DNA of 64,000 bases from an uncultured Ignavibacteria bacterium (GTDB lineage Bacteria; Bacteroidota; Ignavibacteria; UBA10030; UBA6906): contig CAWABB010000007.1 of NCBI GenBank assembly GCA_963780165.1, positions 35,173-99,172 on the forward strand, given 5' to 3'. Numbering within the stretch: the first letter of the stretch is position 1; the number at the start of each line of letters is the position of its first letter. The notes below the pieces were generated by a model. The model ran no database searches, had not been told where the DNA came from, and saw only the letters and a program-made list of their open reading frames with translations. This document shows, one piece after another, positions 38,852 through 48,366 of this stretch. The translations under genes were made by a program, and so were the position numbers.

Positions 38852-41212
38852 CTACTCGTCCAGCCAGATCCCAAACTGAGACGGTGGGCCAGGGTCTCGT
38901 TGCGGCGATTCCTCAACCTGGGGCTCCATGGTAAGTATCGTGACACCTTTGGGGTCGAACGGAAAAAGATCGTCGGAATTGAAAATATTGCGGAAATCTT
39001 GCGGTAGGAAGAAATCCTCGAATTTCGAGGCAAATTCGTCAAGCCGGCGTAGATAGTAAGCAGTATTCTCGTCCGGGAAGTTGGGATCCCAATCCTCCAG
39101 CCGCTTGCAGTTCTCAAACCCCTTCGGATTGGGGTCCGTGCCGGTTATGTAGTATGCCACCCGGTCCCCGGGCCGGTAAGGCTTCCCGGAGGCCAGGGCC
39201 ACCTCGTACGCCGCCCCCCGGTTCCGCTTCCCGCGCCTGACCTGCTCGCTGTACTCCTCCAGCGTCTCCCTGAGCGTCTCCATCCGCCCGAAATCCCTCG
39301 CCTCCAGCGTCCGGTCCGTGATCGCGCTGCGGTACTGGATGTACAGGCTGTGGAGGCCTACGACGTCCCCGTTCAGCAGAAAGTCGATGCACTGCTGCAC
39401 GAAGGTCCTCCCGAAGTGCTCCATGCTCCTCGAGATGAGGGACGATCCCTTGATGCGGATCCGGTTGTCGTAGGAGAGGAGGGCGTAATTCTTCTTGCGG
39501 TAGCTCAACATTTTGCGGTAGCGGCCCGCCATTGCGAGACTGATCCCCTCCGGTAACGCAAGAGAGATCTGTTTTACGTAATTCTCCTCCTGTTCCTCGC
39601 CACGGACGCCCTCGGGCGGCACACAATAGACGCCGTCGGTGTCCACCTCTATGACCTTCCCGCCGGATGAGCGGATCGCTCCCATCATCGTCCTCAGGAT
39701 CTCCTGCCCGGTGGTCGTGACCCGGTCCGCCGAACCGTAGTCGTTGAAGATCCCCCGGCTGTATCCAAGATACCCGTAGAACGAATTGATCAGAATCTTC
39801 AGGGAGCTCTGGATTGCGTCCAGGCGGGACCGCTCGATTTCGTCGGTGACTGCGGCAAGTTCGCGCTTGCGCGCCAGGCGCATGGAGGTCAGATCCTTCA
39901 GGAGACCCAGGAAGCATCCAAGCGCGTCCGTGTCGGGGGCGATGGACTTCGTGAGCATGAGGGAAGGATACAGCGATTCGACGTCCGCGAGCACGACCGG
40001 ACCGGTGACGCCAGTGAGGAAGAGGTCGGTGTAGCCTCCGGTAGTCTGCGCACCCTGTCGTGCCCTCGGGATGGAGTGCTTGGCGTGCAGGTAGGCACGC
40101 ACCATGAGGTACTCGATTTTTGCGGCGGCGCCCATGCGGGCGACGTGGCCGAGGGAGGCGGGGACCATCTGCGCCAGATAGAAGGAGGTGGGGGCGAGGT
40201 GCGCGCTCAAGGCCCGCGTTTCGTGGACGTCGTCAAGCGCGTACGCGAGGAGCGGTTGCGGGTCGTTGTCCCAGTGCCACGCAATCCGGTCCCCCTGAAT
40301 GTACGTCCGGTCGGGCGACGCGAACCCGAAAAACTGCGCAGCGTACTTCAGGCCGTGGCTCTCCATCGTCCGCCGCGTGGAGTCGTAGTTCTGGACCAGC
40401 ATGAGCGTGTCCACGATGCCCCGGCCGGGGATGTCCACCAGCGTGTAGTCGTACGGATACTCGCCCGCTGCCTGGCGCGACTCGATGATTTTCGGGACGG
40501 TGCCGTTGCGGCCGATCGCGAGCGAGACCTTATGCATCGCTGCCCGCTGGAGGAGGTACGGGAGGTCGAAACTCAGGATGTTGTGCCCCTCGATGGCGTC
40601 CGGGTCCTTCTCTGTGACCAGCTTCACCAGCTCCTGAAGCATCTGGCGCTCGGTCTTGTGGCGGCCGTCGATGACGAGGTTCCAGCCGCGATTGTCGGAG
40701 AGCGCAATCAGGATGATGCGGTCCGACGGACGAGAGGCGTTGCTCAAGCGATAGTGGCCGGTTGAGTACGTCTCGATGTCCAGCTGCAGACGGTAGAGGT
40801 CCTTGAACTCCATCCCCTTGCAGAACGTCCGGCCCGACTGCATGAGGAACTGCACGACCGGGTCGGTGAGCAGGTAGACCGATTCAAGCTCGGCGTAGGT
40901 TTCGACCTTTGTTATTGCCGTGCGGTTGTGGGCGTCCAGGATGTGGCGGACGGCGTCCCACATGGCGGGCCATTCCTCGAACACGGCGAGGTGCTGGTAG
41001 TGGAGTGTGCCGTCGAGCTTCTTGATCCAGTGCTTCCGGGGGAAGCCGTCCAGGAGAGTGCGGTCCGAGAGAAACAGGAAGGGGTAGAACGACTCGTCAA
41101 CGCTGTGAACCCCCTCCTCGGTCCGGACCCAGAGGCGCATCGTCGCATCGTCAAGCGGCTGGACGCCGACGATACGTTCCTCGGTGTTATGTCCGAAGAG
41201 AAGGGGGTTCAT
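38852..41212 (-). CDS. Family B DNA polymerase with 3'-5' exonuclease
   Basis: ExoI LDIET, ExoII GHNILSFDLPYL, ExoIII YALDD; polymerase motifs DVESLYPS, KILINSFYG, VDTDG. Confidence 0.93.
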   Translation of the reverse strand: MNPLLFGHNTEERIVGVQPLDDATMRLWVRTEEGVHSVDESFYPFLFLSDRTLLDGFPRKHWIKKLDGTLHYQHLAVFEEWPAMWDAVRHILDAHNRTAITKVETYAELESVYLLTDPVVQFLMQSGRTFCKGMEFKDLYRLQLDIETYSTGHYRLSNASRPSDRIILIALSDNRGWNLVIDGRHKTERQMLQELVKLVTEKDPDAIEGHNILSFDLPYLLQRAAMHKVSLAIGRNGTVPKIIESRQAAGEYPYDYTLVDIPGRGIVDTLMLVQNYDSTRRTMESHGLKYAAQFFGFASPDRTYIQGDRIAWHWDNDPQPLLAYALDDVHETRALSAHLAPTSFYLAQMVPASLGHVARMGAAAKIEYLMVRAYLHAKHSIPRARQGAQTTGGYTDLFLTGVTGPVVLADVESLYPSLMLTKSIAPDTDALGCFLGLLKDLTSMRLARKRELAAVTDEIERSRLDAIQSSLKILINSFYGYLGYSRGIFNDYGSADRVTTTGQEILRTMMGAIRSSGGKVIEVDTDGVYCVPPEGVRGEEQEENYVKQISLALPEGISLAMAGRYRKMLSYRKKNYALLSYDNRIRIKGSSLISRSMEHFGRTFVQQCIDFLLNGDVVGLHSLYIQYRSAITDRTLEARDFGRMETLRETLEEYSEQVRRGKRNRGAAYEVALASGKPYRPGDRVAYYITGTDPNPKGFENCKRLEDWDPNFPDENTAYYLRRLDEFASKFEDFFLPQDFRNIFNSDDLFPFDPKGVTILTMEPQVEESPQRDPGPPSQFGIWLDE

Positions 41213-41241
41213 TCAGCCCTATGCAAATCTTCCTGCGGCCC

Positions 41242-42009
41242 TTAGTTCTTCTTCTTTGCGTAAGCGTCCATAAACGACGTAATCAGATCGATTGGGAACG
41301 GGAAGATTACCGTCGAGCTGTTCTCTGAGGCGATTTCAGTGAGCGTCTGGAGGTAGCGGAGCTGCATGGCCATCGGGTGAACCTGGATGACTTCGGCGGC
41401 TTCGGCAAGCTTCTTGGATGCCTGGAGCTCTCCCTCCGCATGGATGATTTTCGCCCGCCGTTCCCGCTCCGCCTCAGCCTGTTTCGCCATAGCCCGCTGC
41501 ATCTCCACCGGGAGATCGATGTGCTTCACCTCCACGTTCGAGATCTTAACGCCCCACGGCTCGGTCTGAAGGTCCATGATCTTTGCGAGCTCGGCGTTGA
41601 TCTTGTCCCGTTCCGCCAGCAGCTCGTCAAGCTCGGACTGGCCCAGGATGCTCCGGAGGGTGGTCTGGGAGAGCTGTGAGGTTGCGAACAGGAAGTTTTC
41701 GACCTCAACGATCGCCTTGTCCGGTTGAAGGACACGGAAATAGATCACCGCGCTCACCTTGACCGAGACGTTGTCCTTGGTGATGACGTCCTGTGGGGGG
41801 ACGTCCATGACGACGGTCCGGAGGCTCACCTTGACCATCTTGTCCACGAGCGGGATCAGGAAGATGATGCCCGGGCCCTTGACGCCGACGAGCCGGCCCA
41901 GACGGAAGATGACGCCGCGCTCGTACTCGCGCAGGATTCTGATCGCATTGGCGATGATGATGACGCCGAAGACGACCAGGACAAAGAAGAACATGCTAAT
42001 GGTCTGCAT
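41242..42009 (-). CDS. SPFH/stomatin-like (slipin) protein
   Basis: [32 protein letters not shown]. Confidence 0.93.
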   Translation of the reverse strand: MQTISMFFFVLVVFGVIIIANAIRILREYERGVIFRLGRLVGVKGPGIIFLIPLVDKMVKVSLRTVVMDVPPQDVITKDNVSVKVSAVIYFRVLQPDKAIVEVENFLFATSQLSQTTLRSILGQSELDELLAERDKINAELAKIMDLQTEPWGVKISNVEVKHIDLPVEMQRAMAKQAEAERERRAKIIHAEGELQASKKLAEAAEVIQVHPMAMQLRYLQTLTEIASENSSTVIFPFPIDLITSFMDAYAKKKN

Positions 42010-42120
42010 GCCGGGTTCCTTTCGTTGGATGAGGCCGGCTCAGCAGCCGGGGGGCCGACCTCGTGTGGTACTGTGCTGAGTCTTTTACCTGGTTGGGTGT
42101 TGCCCCAGCCTGGTGTGGTG

Positions 42121-43399
42121 CTATTCCGATTTCTTGACTGTAAGAGAAAGGTCCTTGACTGCCGTGACCGTCACGCGAGTGCCTTTCTTCAATCGACCCT
42201 CGGTGCTGGTGGCTGTCCAGATCTCGCCGTGGACGCGCACGCGGCCTTCGGGGTTCAGGTCGGTGAACGCTTCGCCGGTTTCGCCGATGATCCCTTCGGC
42301 ACCGGTCGTGGGCTTGCGCCTCTGTGCTTTGACGCCCATCCCGATCGCGAACACGAAGAAGGCAACCGTGAACAACACCGCGGGGATGATCACACTCCAG
42401 GAAATTGAAACGAATTCCAAGGCAGACTCCGAGTTGATAAGCATGACCGAGCCGAGAAGGAGGGAGATAGCGCCGCCGACCGTAAGGAGGCCGTAGCTGG
42501 CGATCTTTATCTCCAGCAAAAACAGCAGTATCCCGAATGCGATCAGGGCGACGCCGGCGTAGTTCACCGGGAGCGTGTGAAGCGAGTAGAACGCGACGAT
42601 GAGGCAGATGACCCCCACCACGCCGGGCAGGATTGCCCCGGGATTGTACAGCTCGAACAGCAGGCCGTAGATCCCCAGAAGCATGAAGATGTACGCGATG
42701 TTCGGATCGCTCAGCACGTCCAGGATCTTGTGCTTGAACCCCATCTCCTTTTCGATGACGGTTGGCGTTCTTTGTGTTGAGGACCTTTGTGCCGCCTTCA
42801 ACCTCCACCGTGCGGCCGTGGATGGAATCCAGAAGAGCAGGGATCGATCCCGCGATCAGGTCGATGACGCTGTCGCGAAGAGCCTCGGTTTCGGGGATGG
42901 AGATGCTTTTGCGGACGGCGTCTTCCGCCCAGTGGACGTTTCGCTTTCGCTTTTCGGAAATGGACTTGATGAATGCGGCCGCGTCGTTCGTCGCCTTTTC
43001 GTTCGCGACGGAGTCCGTGATGCCTCCCTGCGCACCGACCGGGTGTGCGGCACCGATGTTAGTGCCGGGTGCCATGGCGGCGATGCTGGCTGCCAGCGTG
43101 ATGAACGTGCCTGCGGAGGCGGATTGGGCCCCGGAGGGGGCGACGTAGACCACGACGGGGATCCTGGCTGTCAGGAGGTCGCTGACGATCTCACGGGTGG
43201 ATTTCAGGAGGCCGCCCGGGGTGTCCAGGCGGATGATAAGTGCCTCGGCCCCTGCTTCCTCGGCTTCCTTGATCGAGGTGCGGATGAAATCCGCGCTGGC
43301 AGGGTTGATCGACGCCTCGACGGTGATGACATGGACGGTCTGGGCGGGGAGGGGCCTGGCCCAGAGAAGGAGAAGAATGAGGCAGAAAGCGCGTTTCAA
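42121..43399 (-). CDS. nfeD: NfeD membrane serine protease (S49), frameshift near 42765
   Basis: LDTPGG, SASAG, IGAAHPV, EKATND; then ELYNPG TM region and VRVHGEIW OB-fold; typical partner of slipin. Confidence 0.88.
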
Positions 43400-43423
43400 G
43401 GGCGGGTCCTCCGGGGGACTGAT

Positions 43424-43458
43424 GATATCAGATATCCGATATCAGGTATCCGATATCG
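43424..43458. repeat. 5 x 7-bp tandem repeat GATATCN
   Basis: gatatca gatatcc gatatca ggtatcc gatatcg. Confidence 0.75.
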
Positions 43459-43491
43459 TCCCGCTACCGCATGAGGCGGGAGCGGGACGTG

Positions 43492-43578
43492 CGGAGAGGC
43501 AGGGATTCGAACCCTGGATACCGCAAGCGGTATACCGGTTTTCGAGACCGGCGCCTTCAACCACTCGGCCACCTCTCC
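43492..43578 (-). tRNA. tRNA-Ser(CGA)
   Basis: GGAGAGG acceptor stem, anticodon arm ccggt-ctCGAaa-accgg, long variable arm, GGTTCGAATCC. Confidence 0.95.
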
Positions 43579-44003
43579 AGGCAAAACACACCTTGCGCGG
43601 CAAAGATACGAAACCTCGCGTAATCTTCCAAACCTCTGGTTCTTGTGGGCTTCTCGGGGTGAATCGTCTGCGATCCTGAGGCCGAATGGGGGAGGGAACA
43701 GCTTTTGAAGGGCGAAACGGGAATGGCGGCTCACATCTCTCATGAAAATGGGTGTAAAATGTAGAATCACAGTATAGTCCGCTCTGAAAATCCTTCCAAG
43801 CGTCCATTCGCCGATTCCTGCCGGTGTGTCATAGGCTCGATAAACTGTGATAAGTTACAGACTTCCGGCGGTTACTCAAATGGCCGCCCTAAAGCACATT
43901 CTGGCACGGATGGTGAGTCTCTTTCTACGTGATCGAAATACGTCCCGCCGGGTCGCCACCCCCATCGGTCCGAGTAGGGGCAGGACATATCCCCCCACAA
44001 TAC

Positions 44004-44025
44004 GTGCGTCACCTAGGTGACGCAC
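44004..44025. repeat. Perfect 22-bp palindrome, copy 1
   Basis: GTGCGTCACCTAGGTGACGCAC. Confidence 0.9.
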
Positions 44026-44064
44026 ATGCAGGGTTGATATCTACACGCAAAGGAAGGACCGTGT

Positions 44065-44511
44065 ATGATCGCACTCGGTGAGGCAGAGTACAGCATGCTG
44101 AATCCCCCGGGCGAAAACGGACAGGATCAGGTCGGCGAGAGTGGCGCCGGCGCGTCCCTGCATCCAAGATTGGCCTGGATGATGATGTACAATGAAACGA
44201 AAAGTGCCCAGGCAGTCTGCAGGAAGTTCGGTATCAGCCGGAAGACTTTCTACAAGTGGCTGAAGCGGTATCGCGAGATGAATGGTGACACGGGAGCGCT
44301 GGCGGATCGTTCACGGCGGCCTCACCGGTTCCCGCGCGCGACGCCGGAAGATCAGATCGCCATTCTGAAGATGGCGAAGCAGCAGACGGGATACGGACAG
44401 CGCCGGCTCCGGGCGTATCTCGAGCAGAAGTATAACATATCGCTCTCGGAACGCACGATCTGGAAGATCCTGAAGCGGGAGCACGATGCGGGCTACGCCG
44501 CAAAGACGTAA
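44065..44511 (+). CDS. IS481-type tandem HTH protein lacking the DDE integrase core
   Basis: VCRKFGISRKTFYKWLKRY, LADRSRRPH, YGQRRL, LSERTIWKILKR, then stop; SD aaggaagga. Confidence 0.8.
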   Translation: MIALGEAEYSMLNPPGENGQDQVGESGAGASLHPRLAWMMMYNETKSAQAVCRKFGISRKTFYKWLKRYREMNGDTGALADRSRRPHRFPRATPEDQIAILKMAKQQTGYGQRRLRAYLEQKYNISLSERTIWKILKREHDAGYAAKT

Positions 44512-44565
44512 GGTGTGACGCGCCCTCTGAAGTCGTCAGGGCGCAAGGAAGCTGGCACGACGTGG

Positions 44566-44599
44566 CAACATGTGCGTCACCTAGGTGACGCACATGTTG
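44566..44599. repeat. Perfect 34-bp palindrome, copy 2
   Basis: CAACATGTGCGTCACCTAGGTGACGCACATGTTG. Confidence 0.9.
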
Positions 44600-44849
44600 T
44601 GTGTGTTCTGTCTGAGGTCCATGAAGCGAGGACGCACTCCCCCCGTCCTCGCTTTCGTTTTCTTGTCCTGGCCTGGCTGCACCAGCCTTCGTGTTCCCAC
44701 ATCTGTCCCGGGCATCGGTGATCCTGCGGCCGCGATGCTGCTGCCGTTTCCCCGCTTCCACCTCAACCTTCTCGCATCTCTTTTCGCAAAATCCCCTGCC
44801 GTGATGTAGACCTGTTAGAAGGCCTTCACCTCAAAGGTCCTACAACAAG

Positions 44850-46442
44850 GTGAAGCCACCCGGCCCCCCTGAACCGTCCATTCCACGCGTGGAGGACCCC
44901 ATGGGATTTCGTTGCCCCGGTCTGTGCTTGATCTTGATGCAAATGGTTCGCGCGCTATCGTCTCCTGCGACTCTGGTTCGGGCTGCACGGCTTCATCTGG
45001 CGAGACTCATCGCCACACGCCTGCTCAAGTTCCTTCTGCCTGCAGCCATCTTCATTGGCGCATTGACTTCCTCGTTCCTCCCCGGCCGGCTGTACGCTCA
45101 ACGCCTCCTCATGGAAGATTTCGTCTATCCCCCGGGTGACTCGCTTACGCCTTACGGATGGACATCTTCCTCGGCTACCGGTCCAATCCTGACGAGCAGT
45201 GAGGGGCTGCAGTTCGGAATGTACCAGGGCTCCGGAATCGGCAATGCGGCAATCCTCAAATCTACCGGACAGGACGTGCAAAAGGAGTTCGCGCCCGACA
45301 CCTCCGGCAAGTTCTACGTGTGGGCGCTCGTGAACGTCAGCAGCGCCAAGTCCGGCGACTACTTCATGCATCTCCAACCAAACGCCGGATCCTCGGTCTA
45401 TGTCGGGCGGACGTACGCAAGGCTTGCCTCGAACGGTGGTCTGACATTCGGGGTGGCCAAGCGGGGCACGAACACTGTGCCGACGGTCGTTTACTCGGAT
45501 TCTGCCTTTGCGCCTGGGACTACATACCTCCTCGTCATGAAGTACGAGTTCAGGCCGGGCTCCAGCTCCAATGACGAGGTTACGCTTTACCTGTTCGCGA
45601 ATGGGGAGGTGCCTCTGAACGAGCCGGCGACGCCTGCGGTAGGGCCGGTGGCCGATGCGACTGCGGATCCCGCCATCCTGGGGGCTCTGGCGCTTCGCCA
45701 GGGCGATCAGAGCCGGGCCCCCGTGCTTACGATCGACGGAATCCGCGTCACGCGGGGGTGGGCAGCAGGCCTGCCTGCCACTCTGGATCCCATGCAGGCT
45801 GCCCTAAGCACCTCCCCACCAGGGGTCCTGCTATCATGGAGGGCCTGGACGGAGGTCTCGGTTGGGGGGTACAACATCGATCGTTGGTCGCAGGCAGACA
45901 ATAGCTACCTTCCCCTGAGTACGGATCCCGTGCCCGCCGCAGGGGCATCGGGCCACCCGGTAGAATACACATTTCTGGACTCTTCGGTCGGTGCCGGGGT
46001 GACTTCTTACAGGCTCAGGCTTATGGCGAGTGGGGGACAGGAGTTCATTGCGGACTCAGTCTCGCTGGACCTGCCTACCGATGTGGCCGCCGAGCATGAT
46101 CAAGCGAACGGGTCACGCAATGAAACCGGGGACCCTGGCACATCTCGAAATGACGATGTGGGTGGTAGAATCAATGCTCGTCTTGTGCTTACACAGAACT
46201 ACCCTAACCCATTCAATCCTAAGTCACTTATTCGATTCGTCTCGCCGATAACCGAGCAGATCTCTGTCGATCTGTACGACGTCCTGGGTCGACACCAGGG
46301 CGTTCTCTTTCGTGGTATGGCCGAGGCAGGTCGGGTGTACGATGTGGCGATCGACGCGAGTCCCCTGGCGACGGGTGTCTATTTCGCCCGGCTCGTATGG
46401 TCGGGTGGCACAGCCACAAGGAGGTTGGTCGTCGTCCGATGA
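44850..46442 (+). CDS. Secreted T9SS/FlgD-tail protein of unknown function (true start probably downstream)
   Basis: Signal-like segment ending LYAQ, beta-rich body, IDGIRV..W, QNYPNPFNP..GVYFARL. Confidence 0.75.
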   Translation: MKPPGPPEPSIPRVEDPMGFRCPGLCLILMQMVRALSSPATLVRAARLHLARLIATRLLKFLLPAAIFIGALTSSFLPGRLYAQRLLMEDFVYPPGDSLTPYGWTSSSATGPILTSSEGLQFGMYQGSGIGNAAILKSTGQDVQKEFAPDTSGKFYVWALVNVSSAKSGDYFMHLQPNAGSSVYVGRTYARLASNGGLTFGVAKRGTNTVPTVVYSDSAFAPGTTYLLVMKYEFRPGSSSNDEVTLYLFANGEVPLNEPATPAVGPVADATADPAILGALALRQGDQSRAPVLTIDGIRVTRGWAAGLPATLDPMQAALSTSPPGVLLSWRAWTEVSVGGYNIDRWSQADNSYLPLSTDPVPAAGASGHPVEYTFLDSSVGAGVTSYRLRLMASGGQEFIADSVSLDLPTDVAAEHDQANGSRNETGDPGTSRNDDVGGRINARLVLTQNYPNPFNPKSLIRFVSPITEQISVDLYDVLGRHQGVLFRGMAEAGRVYDVAIDASPLATGVYFARLVWSGGTATRRLVVVR

Positions 46443-46468
46443 CCCGGGCGTCGCTCCGTACTCTGCAC

Positions 46469-46497
46469 TTGACATGCCGATATGATGTATATATCTT
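46469..46497 (+). promoter_or_regulatory. Sigma70-type promoter of the TA operon
   Basis: TTGACA-N17-TATCTT. Confidence 0.65.
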
Positions 46498-46509
46498 TAG
46501 TATGACAAG

Positions 46510-46785
46510 ATGGAGTACGGTATGCTCGCACAGGGGGTCGCTGCCAGCCGGATGAGGAAGCTGAATTTCTACTTTCCCCCGGGGCTTATCGAGCGATTGG
46601 AGAAGATCGCGTCCGCACACTCCACAAATCTGAGCCAGGTCGTGCGTGAAGCCGTCGAGGAGTTCGTGATGAGGGTCGAGCGAGAAGAGATCGAAAGGGA
46701 GCTCGCATCAGCTTCCAAAGCCAATCAGGAATTCGATAGACAGTTTGCCAAGGATTGGGCCAGGTTCGAGCCAGAAACCCGATGA
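46510..46785 (+). CDS. Ribbon-helix-helix antitoxin
   Basis: RKLNFYFP..LSQVVREAVEEF with an acidic tail; coupled to the toxin. Confidence 0.8.
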   Translation: MEYGMLAQGVAASRMRKLNFYFPPGLIERLEKIASAHSTNLSQVVREAVEEFVMRVEREEIERELASASKANQEFDRQFAKDWARFEPETR

Positions 46786-47126
46786 GCATGAAACGAGGTG
46801 AGGTCTATCAGGTTCGACCAGACCCCGCGATCGGGCACGAGCAGCAAAAGACACGCCCCTGTGTGATCGTCTCGGCAGATCCCGTCAACGACAATTCACC
46901 TCTCGTCGTGGTTTGTCCTATCACCGAGGGGGTGAAGTTGACCGCCACCATTCTGCACATCCCCATTGCGAAGGGCGAGGGCGGCACCACCAAGGACTCG
47001 ATAGTACTCTGCAATCAGGTGAAGGCTGTCGACAAGGTGCGCCTTATGGAAAGGATGGGCACCCTGACGCTGGAGACCATGAGCAAGCTCGACTCGGGTC
47101 TTCGGGCTCTCCTCAGCCTGTATTGA
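46782..47126 (+). CDS. mazF: PemK/MazF endoribonuclease toxin
   Basis: KRGEVY, GHEQQKTRPCVIVS, VCPIT, QVKAVDK. Confidence 0.92.
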   Translation: MSMKRGEVYQVRPDPAIGHEQQKTRPCVIVSADPVNDNSPLVVVCPITEGVKLTATILHIPIAKGEGGTTKDSIVLCNQVKAVDKVRLMERMGTLTLETMSKLDSGLRALLSLY

Positions 47127-47232
47127 CCCCAACAGCTCCTCGTTGCTGCAAGCGGGCAGCTCCGGCGGCTCCAGCTCACCTCATTTCGTTGCATTTCCGG
47201 CCCAATATTCCTACTATTATGTTCGCTTTCTC

Positions 47233-47319
47233 GGAGAGGTGCAGGAGCGGTTGAACTGGCACGCCTGGAGAGCGTGTAACCCCGTAAGGGGTTCGTGGGT
47301 TCGAATCCCACCCTCTCCG
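47233..47319 (+). tRNA. tRNA-Ser(GGA)
   Basis: GGAGAGG acceptor stem, cacgc-ctGGAga-gcgtg, long variable arm, GGTTCGAATCC. Confidence 0.95.
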
Positions 47320-47423
47320 CCGGTCACATATCACGCTGCAGCTGTGACGCGAGACCAATCGTCCGTTGCCTGCTGTCTATTGTCAATTGTGTTTTCCGGC
47401 TCACTCACATTCCCAATCCAAAC

Positions 47424-48110
47424 ATGACCCCTCGCCCTTCATCCTCAATCCTCTTCGCCAAGGGAGTCAGTTTCGCCTCCGCAAGCACGGTCCTCTGTGC
47501 CCTGGGCACTGTCATCCTGGCCGCCGCTCTCATGTCGCTCGCGGGCTGTTCCTCCACCTCACAGGTCTCCGAGTCGTACAGGGACCCCGCGTACACGGGC
47601 GGACCGGTGTCCAAGGTCGCTGTGTTCTGGGTCGGGGCGGATGAACGGGTCAGAAGGGTTGCCGAAGATGAGATCGTGAAGTCGTTCCCCAGGGGCACCA
47701 CGGCGCGGGCGTCCGCCGAAATCGTCCCCACGGAAGCCCTTGGCGACACGTCAAAGATCTCAGCGTTCCTCTCGAAGGAAGGCTTCGATGCGATTCTCGT
47801 CGCCCGGCCGGTGCCGCCAGGAGAGAAGATCACGTACCGTGGCGCGTCGGTCAATCCGTCAGCATTTATGGGCAACTACGGGTTCTATACCTACTGGTCG
47901 AATTCCTACGCGCAGCTCTTCAGTCCTGGCTACATGAAGGACGAAGAAGTCTTCAAGATCGACACGCGACTCTATCTGCTCCGCTCCCGCACCACGCCGC
48001 TCTGGGCGGGGCTCTCCTCTTCCGGTGACGTCTCCTCGCTGAGGAGCGGCATCTCTGACTATGCAAGCGGGGTCATGAACAGCCTGCAGGCCGAAGGGCT
48101 ATTAAAGTAG
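47424..48110 (+). CDS. Hypothetical lipoprotein
   Basis: Hydrophobic signal with lipobox LAGC; FDAILV, IDTRLY, LWAG. Confidence 0.75.
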   Translation: MTPRPSSSILFAKGVSFASASTVLCALGTVILAAALMSLAGCSSTSQVSESYRDPAYTGGPVSKVAVFWVGADERVRRVAEDEIVKSFPRGTTARASAEIVPTEALGDTSKISAFLSKEGFDAILVARPVPPGEKITYRGASVNPSAFMGNYGFYTYWSNSYAQLFSPGYMKDEEVFKIDTRLYLLRSRTTPLWAGLSSSGDVSSLRSGISDYASGVMNSLQAEGLLK

Positions 48111-48162
48111 GCAAGCGTCGAGCTCCCCGTCGCCTCACGCAAATCCTTGTTGGAACGGGACC

Positions 48163-48191
48163 TTGACACTGAGGTCCCTCTCTTGTATATT
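48163..48191 (+). promoter_or_regulatory. trp operon promoter
   Basis: TTGACA-N17-TATATT. Confidence 0.75.
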
Positions 48192-48203
48192 CTCTGCACG
48201 AAT

Positions 48204-48299
48204 ATGAAGCTTTATCTGTCATATAACAGGACGTCAGAACTCCGTCATTGGTGGTGGTCGGGCCCCCGCAGGCATTCCGGCACCGCAGTGAACGGCTAA
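48204..48299 (+). CDS. trpL: trp leader peptide (31 aa)
   Basis: MKLYLSYNRTSELRHWWWSGPRRHSGTAVNG with three consecutive TGG codons. Confidence 0.85.
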   Translation: MKLYLSYNRTSELRHWWWSGPRRHSGTAVNG

Positions 48300-48323
48300 G
48301 TCGCTCCCGATTCTCATCAAATC

Positions 48324-48360
48324 GACCCTTCCTGCAGTCCGGGAAGGGTTTCGTGTTTCT
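48324..48360 (+). terminator. trp attenuator terminator
   Basis: gacccttcctg-cagtc-cgggaagggtt with a T-rich tail just before trpE. Confidence 0.75.
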
Positions 48361-48366
48361 ATAGGC

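Noticed and set aside
36141-43399. Frameshifts in the DUF4440 lipoprotein, maf and nfeD as programmed recoding or pseudogenes
   Set aside because: Single-base indels in otherwise intact ordinary genes with no slippery-site pattern; most simply sequencing errors, to be checked against reads
43902-43916. TGGCACGGATGGTGA as a sigma54 promoter (similar TGGCACG at 44553)
   Set aside because: -12 GC is absent at 43902 and the spacing is off by one at 44553
44065-44511. Active IS481 transposase
   Set aside because: No DDE/integrase domain in this ORF or recognisable in downstream frames
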